IMG/VR virus record: IMGVR_UViG_2571042206_000004
Length of the DNA: 28,091 nucleotides
Strand: one strand, 5' to 3'
Source: a virus
Taxonomy: Duplodnaviria > Heunggongvirae > Uroviricota > Caudoviricetes
Shown: piece by piece, positions 17,720 to 24,807 of the stretch
Layout: every line of letters starts with the position of its first letter
Position numbering within the stretch: position 1 is the stretch's first letter
Translations under genes and position numbers: made by a program
Notes under the pieces: model-generated
Seen by the model: the letters and a program-made list of their open reading frames with translations, nothing else
Database searches by the model: none
Told to the model about the DNA's origin: nothing

Positions 17720-19423
17720 ATGAATAGCGATCAGTTACTAGAGGCTTTAAACCAAATTGCATCTGAAAGCTCAAAAAATGAAAAACTAGCTTTACTCATG
17801 GATTTTGAAGCAGAAAAGGGGTTGTTCAGAGAAGTTCTGCGTTTGGCATATGACCCGTTTATTGTCTTTGGAATTTTGCCAAAAGCAGAAGATGCAGGAA
17901 CAGGGGAGTTAATGTTTGATGAGGTTGATACCCTTGAGTTCCTATCTAAGCTTAATAACCGTGAACTAACAGGCAATGCAGCGCGCGAAGCGCTGCGTAG
18001 CCAACTGGCTCAATTATCAGAGAAGTCAGGCGAGCTTTTAATTCGAATTTTAAGAAAAGATTTACGTGCAGGTTTTAGTGATGCAACGATCAACAAAGTC
18101 GTGCCTGATTTGATTCCTGTATTTCCATACCAACGCTGTTCATTGCCTAGTGAAGTAAAGCTGAAGGCATGGCCGTGGAAAGATGGCATTTATTTGCAAG
18201 AAAAAGCTGATGGCATGTTTGCCAACGGGACCAATTTAGAAGAGAAGTTCTTCTTGTCCTCACGCCAGGGCACGCCGTTACCTATGGAGCATTTTTCCGA
18301 CCTTACTGCGGAAATGAATATGCTGATCAAAGATGTCCAATATCATGGCGAACTACTTGTCGAGCGTGATGGTGTAGTTCTGCCGCGCAAGGTAGGAAAT
18401 GGCATCTTGAATTCGGTCACAAAGGGTGGCTCATTTGCTGAAAATGAAAAACCGATCTATATGATTTGGGACTTCATTCCGCTTAGCTCTGTTAAGTCAA
18501 AGGGAAAATTTGAAGCAGCATATAAACGCCGTATTGCACTGATTAAATCGATGCTGGCCAAGTTTAAGCCTAAGTATGTGCGGCTGATTGATACGCATGT
18601 TGTCCACTCATTGAGCGAGACTTACGATCACTTCTTTAATGTACTTATGCAGGGCAAAGAGGGGCTGGTAATCAAGCATCCAGAAGGTCACTGGAGAGAC
18701 GGTACAAGTAAACACCAAGTTAAATTAAAACTTGATGCGGATTGTGAGCTGGAGGTCGTGAGCATTAATCCGGGTAAGGTGGGTTCAAAGAACCAAGGGA
18801 GAGCTGGAGCTTTGCATTGTAAATCTGCATGTGGTCAAGTCATTGTGGATGTCGCCATCAAGAATGAAAAAATGCGCGACGAGGTGGATGCAAACCCTAG
18901 TGACTGGATTGGTCGAATAATCACTGTGCGTTCAAATGCCATTATGCGTCCATCCAACAGTAACCAGAATTACTCGTTGTATTTGCCGCGTATGGTTGAG
19001 GACTGCTATCGAATCGATAAAACGGAAGCTGATGATTTAAAACGTATTGAAGAGCAATTCAAAAACGCTATCGAAGCTGCCAAGAAGCTGGCAGAAAGTG
19101 AAGCGGTGGTGGTAGCGAGAGCAGCGTCTGTATCCTCAGCTCGTCCTTCGACATCTTTTGCGCGGTCTTACAGCAGCTCGTCCACACGCGCTCCGACCAC
19201 TACAAGTTTTCGTTCTAGTCCAGTTAAGACCGTGACAAAACCTAGTACGATTCGTTCTGTGAAGCCTGTTACAACGCCTGCTAAACCGATGCCTGTTTCT
19301 TCTTCATCTACACAGAAGAAATCGCGTAAGATTGGTTTCCAATATGATTACTATGCATTTACAGATTGCATCCCTTATTCAAGCGGAAGTTTCCAAGGTT
19401 GGAAGTGTATTGATCGGGATTAA
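17720..19423 (+). CDS. ATP-dependent DNA ligase (T4-like) with atypical Ser/Thr/Pro-rich C-terminal ~108 aa
   Basis: Motif I QEKADG; HGEL; WDFI; KEGLVIK; VKLK; OB-fold GRIITVRSN...SLYLPR; AAGGT RBS. Confidence 0.93.
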   Translation: MNSDQLLEALNQIASESSKNEKLALLMDFEAEKGLFREVLRLAYDPFIVFGILPKAEDAGTGELMFDEVDTLEFLSKLNNRELTGNAAREALRSQLAQLSEKSGELLIRILRKDLRAGFSDATINKVVPDLIPVFPYQRCSLPSEVKLKAWPWKDGIYLQEKADGMFANGTNLEEKFFLSSRQGTPLPMEHFSDLTAEMNMLIKDVQYHGELLVERDGVVLPRKVGNGILNSVTKGGSFAENEKPIYMIWDFIPLSSVKSKGKFEAAYKRRIALIKSMLAKFKPKYVRLIDTHVVHSLSETYDHFFNVLMQGKEGLVIKHPEGHWRDGTSKHQVKLKLDADCELEVVSINPGKVGSKNQGRAGALHCKSACGQVIVDVAIKNEKMRDEVDANPSDWIGRIITVRSNAIMRPSNSNQNYSLYLPRMVEDCYRIDKTEADDLKRIEEQFKNAIEAAKKLAESEAVVVARAASVSSARPSTSFARSYSSSSTRAPTTTSFRSSPVKTVTKPSTIRSVKPVTTPAKPMPVSSSSTQKKSRKIGFQYDYYAFTDCIPYSSGSFQGWKCIDRD

Positions 19424-19425
19424 TT

Positions 19426-19449
19426 GGGGCGGTTCTACCGCCTCTTCTT
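19426..19449 (+). terminator. GC hairpin, possible weak terminator
   Basis: GGGGCGGT-TCT-ACCGCCTC followed by TTCTT. Confidence 0.45.
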
Positions 19450-19456
19450 ATGAGGT

Positions 19457-20035
19457 ATGACGATGTTTGTATTGTTATCTGGAACAACGTGCAGCGGCAA
19501 AACAGCCATTGCTGACGCGCTGACCGAGAAATATGGGTTTAATCGTATTGTTACCACAACATCACGGCCGAAACGGGAAGGTGAGGTTGATGGTTTGCAC
19601 TACCACTTTATTACTCAAACAGAGTTTGATGCACTAAAAAAGGCTGATCAGTTCCTTGAGACAAATAAACATGGTAATTATGAATATGGCGTAACGATTG
19701 ATAATTTCAAAACCTTGCCAGATGATCGAAATGCCATAATTATTGTCGACCCAAATGGATATAAGAAGATTAAGCGTTATCTGAAAGCAAATGAAATTAA
19801 ATATCTTGGGGTTTTTGTCGACGCTGATATTAAAAGCCGTCTACAACGTTTAATTGTTCGAGCAGATCAGAAACTTGCGGAACGTTTAGAGGTCATGATT
19901 CAGGTCGAATCTCATTGGATAAACGAAATCAACCAGTACGATATGTTGATTCAGAATGATGAAACAATTGAAGATGCCTTAGAGCCGATTTTAGATCATG
20001 TGCGCCGTGCAGGACATTTAGATAAAATAGCCTAA
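19457..20035 (+). CDS. Guanylate kinase-like nucleotide kinase
   Basis: P-loop GTTCSGKT; GMP-binding TTTSRPKREGEVDGLHYHF and GNYEYG. GAGG spacing favours a start at 19463. Confidence 0.88.
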   Translation: MTMFVLLSGTTCSGKTAIADALTEKYGFNRIVTTTSRPKREGEVDGLHYHFITQTEFDALKKADQFLETNKHGNYEYGVTIDNFKTLPDDRNAIIIVDPNGYKKIKRYLKANEIKYLGVFVDADIKSRLQRLIVRADQKLAERLEVMIQVESHWINEINQYDMLIQNDETIEDALEPILDHVRRAGHLDKIA

Positions 20036-20074
20036 GCATTTTGATGAACAATTAAAATTTCCTAAAATAGAATG

Positions 20075-20107
20075 CTCCGATAATTTCAATAATTTCGGAG
20101 TTTTTTT
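20075..20107 (+). terminator. Rho-independent terminator
   Basis: CTCCGA(T)AATT-TCAAT-AATTTCGGAG followed by T7. Confidence 0.7.
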
Positions 20108-20728
20108 ATGCTACTAAAATCTGTTCCTGGTGTTTTGCCTGCACTTAAAAATAGCGATTTGGCAACTACGAAATTATGGACCACTCACATTGAAAGAATT
20201 ACAAATTATCAATTAAACGCCGTAATTGCTAAATTCAAGTTTAAAAATGAAGAAAGTCAAATTGATAAGGAAATTGAATACGCGGTTAGTCAGATTAATG
20301 ACGCTATTTATAACCGCCAAATCAACTCGGTAAAAATTGCCCGATTTAAATCAAAAAAAGATCATTCCATTACGGTGAGCAACCTAATTGCTGGTTTATT
20401 GAAGCTGAAGGAAGTTGAAAGAAAGGCTGTGTTGTTCTCATTAGAATCAGGATTAAGCCTTGATGAAGTGACAAACTTAGAAGTTAGACAAGCCAATGTG
20501 GCGGCTAGAAACTCAAAACTAGCGAGAGAAATTATTAAAAATTGCCCTGTGAGTATCAAAACAAACTATTTATTTTGGGAATCAAATGAGGAAAAGGAGC
20601 ATGAAAAGCTCAAAAATTTAGAGCAAGCTGTGTTTGAAGCCTTTGGTTTTGACTTCAAACTGCTTGCCCTAAAATACGAGAATATTATTTACGACGAATG
20701 GTTTGAATTTCTTGGTCAGACGTCGTAA
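20108..20728 (+). CDS. Hypothetical protein with degenerate tyrosine-recombinase-like segment
   Basis: ERKAVLFSLESGLSLDEVTNL resembles box I (R-x-AL...TGLRxxELxxL) but lacks the catalytic Arg; no HxxR box. Confidence 0.6.
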   Translation: MLLKSVPGVLPALKNSDLATTKLWTTHIERITNYQLNAVIAKFKFKNEESQIDKEIEYAVSQINDAIYNRQINSVKIARFKSKKDHSITVSNLIAGLLKLKEVERKAVLFSLESGLSLDEVTNLEVRQANVAARNSKLAREIIKNCPVSIKTNYLFWESNEEKEHEKLKNLEQAVFEAFGFDFKLLALKYENIIYDEWFEFLGQTS

Positions 20729-21144
20729 TTGTCGCCGAGTTTTTTGATTCGACGAGCCGTATATTCTTCTAAAGCTTCATTGAGCATGGTTGTAAAAGTG
20801 GTCTTGTTAGAACCCATGCCAATGGAGCTGATAGATTTAAGCCAGTTCAAACGAAGGTACATTTCTTGGCTAATATTGTTGTTAAAAGGACGTTGAATTA
20901 ATTTCAAGTCTTCAGGAGCAATATTAATGCCCTGACGCCAAGGCGCTTCACGGTCCTTTTTCTCTTTAGGTTTGCTTAATCCTGATAGCTCATCAAGCTT
21001 TTCAAAATCTACAGGTTTTTCATTAGCTTCTGGCGTTGCTGTTGCAGTTTGTACTGGAGCACTCTTGGTAAAATCAGAAGCATTTGAATTTTCAGCTTGT
21101 ACTTTTGCAGCTTTGCCTAATGATAATCCACCACGTCCACTCAT
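20716..21144 (-). CDS. Putative centromere-binding partition protein (ParG/RHH-like, type Ib)
   Basis: ATGA-coupled to parA; flexible N-terminus; C-terminal NISQEMYLRL...TMLNEALEEY has a strand-helix-helix pattern. Confidence 0.65.
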   Translation of the reverse strand: MSGRGGLSLGKAAKVQAENSNASDFTKSAPVQTATATPEANEKPVDFEKLDELSGLSKPKEKKDREAPWRQGINIAPEDLKLIQRPFNNNISQEMYLRLNWLKSISSIGMGSNKTTFTTMLNEALEEYTARRIKKLGDNYDV

Positions 21145-21818
21145 TTGAACAACTCCTCAGCCAATGCATTTACTTCTTCTGCTGCCTTAGAGGCACCAAT
21201 ATTTAACTCAATAACACCAAGACCCATGCCATAAGCTCTTGAATATGCAATACGGTCGTAATTTACTGAATCGAGAACTTTTGCAAAATCTTCAACTTCT
21301 TTAAACGCATTACGCGCATCGTCTAAAGCTGTGATACGTGCATTTGTCGGGACTTGAGTGATATAGATGTAGACATGAAGTGGATCGAGGTCCCTTTCAT
21401 TTACACGGATATTATTTGCTTCTTCAATTAATTCCAAAATTTCCCCAGTTGATTCTACGTCAGCTTGGTTAGGGCGAGTTGGAATAAGAATGGCATCGGA
21501 GCAAAGCAGCGCTTCACGGAAGCCAGAAGAGTCATAACCACCGCAATCGAGAATTACGTTGGGTGTTTCACTTTCAATTTTTGGAATGACTTTGTCAATT
21601 TCAGGTTGACCAAACAAATGATAAGTTTTGATTGAGCCGGTCTTTTCTAAGAAAGTTTGGGCTTGACGATAAATCCCCCATTTAACCGAATTTTTATTGG
21701 CGTCAAGGTCGACAAGAGCTACATCTTGTTTTTCATTATTGGCAATCCATGCAGCCAAATTGGTAGCCGTAGTTGTTTTGCCGACGCCACCTTTTGAATT
21801 GGCGATCAATAATTTCAT
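21141..21818 (-). CDS. parA: ParA Walker-type partition ATPase (short, type Ib)
   Basis: Deviant Walker A NSKGGVGKTT; VDLDAN; ILDCGG; LIPTRP. Confidence 0.93.
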   Translation of the reverse strand: MKLLIANSKGGVGKTTTATNLAAWIANNEKQDVALVDLDANKNSVKWGIYRQAQTFLEKTGSIKTYHLFGQPEIDKVIPKIESETPNVILDCGGYDSSGFREALLCSDAILIPTRPNQADVESTGEILELIEEANNIRVNERDLDPLHVYIYITQVPTNARITALDDARNAFKEVEDFAKVLDSVNYDRIAYSRAYGMGLGVIELNIGASKAAEEVNALAEELFK

Positions 21819-21906
21819 TAAATCCTCAACATAAACGTTGGCGAAAATCGTAGTGTAATAGTAAATGCGCTAGATAACAATGTATAAACTTGTATTCATT
21901 GATATG

Positions 21907-21936
21907 TAGAAATCTATATAGAAATCTATATAGATT
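21907..21936. repeat. Tandem 12-mer TAGAAATCTATA x2 with palindrome AATCTATATAGATT; candidate parS/par operator
   Basis: Read directly; ~90-120 nt upstream of parA. Confidence 0.55.
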
Positions 21937-22020
21937 ATTAATTTAAAAATCAGATTGTATTTAACCAAAACAAAATGTTTATTAGTTCTAATTGCTTACA
22001 TATAAATTCATAGGCTTAAA

Positions 22021-22428
22021 ATGCAGAATCAAATCAGACAATTAGAAGATGGAACTTTTGAAATAGGTACTTGGATTCAGAATGCAAATGGTGAAGTTGT
22101 GTTCTTTGATGCTACGAGTGCGAAAACTTTAGAAGAAGCAAACAAGATTGCTGATGAGTTGGATGATCAGGAATTTAAATTAGCCAAGAGCGAAATTGAT
22201 ATGCTTGGCGGCATTCAAGGTGCAAATAAGGTTCTGGAGCTCATGAATGAAAACGAAGCCGTTGCCGTTGAATTTGATAAAAACCGCTTTGATATTAATG
22301 AATTAAAATTCTACAACCAAAAAGATTTTGAGCAGCGAATGGATGATTACCTAGATAATGGTGAGACTGCAACTATCTATATGCAGACTTTGAAATCCAA
22401 AGCCTGCTGCACAAAACTAGATTTTTGA
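22021..22428 (+). CDS. Acidic hypothetical protein; C-terminus possibly frameshifted near 22373
   Basis: 135-aa ORF. An alternative frame reads YLYADFEIQSLLHKTRFLKF* to 22436. Confidence 0.7.
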   Translation: MQNQIRQLEDGTFEIGTWIQNANGEVVFFDATSAKTLEEANKIADELDDQEFKLAKSEIDMLGGIQGANKVLELMNENEAVAVEFDKNRFDINELKFYNQKDFEQRMDDYLDNGETATIYMQTLKSKACCTKLDF

Positions 22429-22432
22429 AATT

Positions 22433-23017
22433 TTAATTTAACTTTTCAGCAACTTGGCGGAGCAATTCCGGATCCGATGCAAAATATTTTTGCGTGGTCA
22501 GGATTGAGCTATGCCCCATCAATTGTTGAATTGAATAAATATCACCGCCCTTTCTTATTAGCCTTGTGGCAAAGGAACGTCGACCGGAATGGCTGGTTGC
22601 TTGAATACCAGCCTTCTTATAACAGTTATTAATCATGGTCACCATGCTATTTGGTGAGAATGGACCGCCCTTCTGCGATAAAAATAAAGGTGCGTCTGGA
22701 TCCTTTGGTCTTTCTTTTGTTATGTATTCTTCTACCAGTGATCTAGCGATTGGATTGACCAGGAATACCTCTCGGTAGCGGTTGCCTTTAGTAATATTAC
22801 CGAGCAATCGAATAATATCCTTCAGCTTACCCTTCTTCACCTCGTAAACATCGCCGACCTTTAACATTGATAATTCTTTAGCGCGAAGCCCAAGGAAGTG
22901 TGAGAAATACAAAACACATTTGTTCCGTAATGCATTTACGCCCGTTTGAGTGGCCAAAGTAATCTCAAGATCATCTTCTGACACATATGGGGCTTTTCCA
23001 GTTGTTGTTCTTGCCAT
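22433..23017 (-). CDS. Small tyrosine recombinase (catalytic domain only; resolvase/FimB-sized)
   Basis: R (GLRAKE), K (TKG), HxxR (HSGRR), H (MGH) and Y (TQKY) are intact. The start is 23017 (MARTTTGK) or TTG 23053. Confidence 0.9.
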   Translation of the reverse strand: MARTTTGKAPYVSEDDLEITLATQTGVNALRNKCVLYFSHFLGLRAKELSMLKVGDVYEVKKGKLKDIIRLLGNITKGNRYREVFLVNPIARSLVEEYITKERPKDPDAPLFLSQKGGPFSPNSMVTMINNCYKKAGIQATSHSGRRSFATRLIRKGGDIYSIQQLMGHSSILTTQKYFASDPELLRQVAEKLN

Positions 23018-23094
23018 AAATCGACCAAATAATTTTTTATTACATTTTTCCAAAAACGGAAAGGATATAAAAACAGTCTACCACATGTCGAAAA

Positions 23095-23136
23095 ATAAAA
23101 AATGTAATAAAAGAAGCCTTTTATTATATTTTTTAT
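23095..23136. repeat. 19-bp inverted repeat (1 mismatch) upstream of the recombinase; candidate crossover/operator site
   Basis: ATAAAAAATGTAATAAAAG-AAGC-CTTTTATTATATTTTTTAT. Confidence 0.7.
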
Positions 23137-23381
23137 GGACGAAACAACGAAAGTGCGTCATCATTCGACGTATACAGACTTTTCTGAATATGCAGCTATT
23201 TTAATGATGGATTTTAATGGATAAGCTGTGCTAAATTTGAATTTGTAACGTTTTCAAGTTTGGGAAAAAGTAAGAGGAAGTGAATATGCGAAAAGTTAGC
23301 CAAGTATTTAAAAAACATAAAATAATGCCCGATCTGATTCGGGCATTTTTAGGGAAGGCAAATGAGGTATTTACACTTGTT

Positions 23382-23846
23382 TCATTTCTGAGATCTGAAT
23401 GCCGATTCCTCCTTATTTTTTTGAAGCTCAGCGCGGTGCTTAATTGTCTCGCTTTCCATTTCCTTAATTACGTCAACAAACTTGTCACGAGTGTCTCCAT
23501 AAAAAGAAGGGTCTTCCATAGTTACACTGCGAATAGTTTTGACGATATTAATTTCGTTAGGGGTTAATGGAGTTTGCCCAGTGATTGACTCGACAACATC
23601 AATTAAGTCCGGTGCATATTCTTTTAGAACGCGTATAAGAAGGCGAGTAGGGTTTTCGCCTAATGCTAAAGCGGTAGGTTTGATTTTATCGATCGGTAAG
23701 CGAGTTTCACCACTCTTAATCATCGATAAAACGTTAGGGCGTTTAAAACCTATTTCCTCAGCAATCTCACGCTGGCTTTTAGGAGAATTCTCGATTAAGT
23801 CTGCGAGATATTCTGCCACGTTCATATTGTTGCGATTTTTAGCCAT
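23382..23846 (-). CDS. XRE/Cro-CI family HTH repressor (no S24 peptidase domain)
   Basis: GGAGAG RBS before the ATG at 23846; SQREIAEEIGFKRPNVLSMIKSGETRLP helix-turn-helix; 154 aa. Confidence 0.85.
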   Translation of the reverse strand: MAKNRNNMNVAEYLADLIENSPKSQREIAEEIGFKRPNVLSMIKSGETRLPIDKIKPTALALGENPTRLLIRVLKEYAPDLIDVVESITGQTPLTPNEINIVKTIRSVTMEDPSFYGDTRDKFVDVIKEMESETIKHRAELQKNKEESAFRSQK

Positions 23847-23928
23847 TTGCCTCTCCAAATACAGAGTTAAATTTTTCCTATGATGAGTCGTAATTCACTT
23901 TGTAATAATCCAGAACATGAGACCAAAT

Positions 23929-23950
23929 ATATACTCAGAACTGACTGATT
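23929..23950. promoter_or_regulatory. Class II operator A (consensus AATCAGTCA-N4-TGACTGATT)
   Basis: ATATACTCA-GAAC-TGACTGATT (perfect right half). Confidence 0.6.
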
Positions 23951-24000
23951 TTGAATTACAGCACTATTATAGGTGGTGGGGGGACTAATTTTATAGAAAA

Positions 24001-24022
24001 AATCAGTCACTCGTGAATTATA
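24001..24022. promoter_or_regulatory. Class II operator B
   Basis: AATCAGTCA-CTCG-TGAATTATA (perfect left half). Confidence 0.65.
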
Positions 24023-24170
24023 TACGCCCAAGTTTACAAACTAGATGCAGCGAATGCAAAGTGTATTCGATTGAATGGACTAATTTTTTCCAGATTTTTT
24101 GTTATTTTTTTTAGTCAAAAAAGGAAAAAATTACAATATGGCAATGTAGAAAGTCCAAAATTAACTATTT

Positions 24171-24219
24171 AAAATTAACCGTTTATATAAATTGTCTAAA
24201 AATTAACAGTTTATATAAA
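24171..24219 (+). repeat. 21-bp direct repeat x2 (AAAATTAACMGTTTATATAAA)
   Basis: Copies at 24171-24191 and 24199-24219 with one mismatch; partial copy AAAATTAAC at 24157. Confidence 0.75.
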
Positions 24220-24283
24220 CCCCATCAACTTACAAAACTTCACACTGTATTAAGTTTTGTTAATTATCACATAAGGAGAATTT

Positions 24284-24337
24284 ATGAATACGATCAACAA
24301 CTGGCTTTTAAATGTTCAAACAGTCACTTCTGACTGA
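24284..24337 (+). CDS. Candidate 17-aa micropeptide MNTINNWLLNVQTVTSD
   Basis: AAGGAG (within TAAGGAG) 5-6 nt upstream of the ATG; the stop lies inside operator C. Confidence 0.35.
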   Translation: MNTINNWLLNVQTVTSD

Positions 24338-24339
24338 TT
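24318..24339. promoter_or_regulatory. Class II operator C
   Basis: AAACAGTCA-CTTC-TGACTGATT. Confidence 0.75.
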
Positions 24340-24447
24340 TTATTAAAAGCTTTTGAGCGAACCCAAACTATAATATACGGGGCTGAAATGATGAGACGTA
24401 TATTAATAGCCTCTTCAAAATCTTGATAAATCAGAATGGTGATTTAA

Positions 24448-24648
24448 ATGACTGTGACATTGAATGATCAATTCCAAACTGTAGACTTGGATGAACTTGC
24501 TGAAATTTTAGAAAAAACAGAAGGTGTAGAAACACTGCTAAATGACGGGTTTTACACTATAAAGCGCTATAAGCATCTGAATTTAGGGGACATTGAGGTA
24601 ATTAATACCTGCGCTCCAAAAAGTATAGTTAGAGTGATAAATCCATAA
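24448..24648 (+). CDS. Hypothetical 66-aa protein
   Basis: GGTG RBS; first longer gene of the rightward unit. Confidence 0.65.
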   Translation: MTVTLNDQFQTVDLDELAEILEKTEGVETLLNDGFYTIKRYKHLNLGDIEVINTCAPKSIVRVINP

Positions 24649-24729
24649 TTTTTATAAGAATATCATTAGTGAAGTTAGCAAGATTGAGGCGGTGATTTGT
24701 CGCCCTCTTGCTGAAGCCAAACAAAACTC

Positions 24730-24758
24730 TATACACCCCAACTCTAAATCGTCATAAT
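24730..24758 (+). promoter_or_regulatory. Candidate sigma70 promoter for the vWA gene
   Basis: TATACA-17 nt-CATAAT, with operator D just downstream. Confidence 0.4.
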
Positions 24759-24770
24759 ATGATCATAAAT

Positions 24771-24792
24771 AATCAGTCATCACTGACTGAAT
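24771..24792. promoter_or_regulatory. Class II operator D
   Basis: AATCAGTCA-TCAC-TGACTGAAT, 5 nt before the AAGGA RBS of the vWA gene. Confidence 0.8.
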
Positions 24793-24807
24793 CGCTAAGG
24801 ATCTATT

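Noticed and set aside
20716-21818. Toxin-antitoxin pair
   Set aside because: The larger gene is a clear ParA ATPase, so the coupled small gene fits a partition adaptor.
23971-23983. G-rich tract (GGTGGTGGGGGG) between operators A and B as a phase-variable element or G-quadruplex
   Set aside because: The G6 run is short and there is no independent evidence of variation or function.
24171-24219. pdif (XerC/D) site
   Set aside because: No arm matches TTATGTTAAAT or ATTTCGTATAA well, and the 11-6-11 layout is absent.
24677-24712. Imperfect hairpin (AGCAAGA...GGCG...CGCC...TCTTGCT) as an ncRNA or terminator
   Set aside because: The stem is interrupted, there is no U-tract and I recognise no RNA family. 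It cannot be supported without covariation data.
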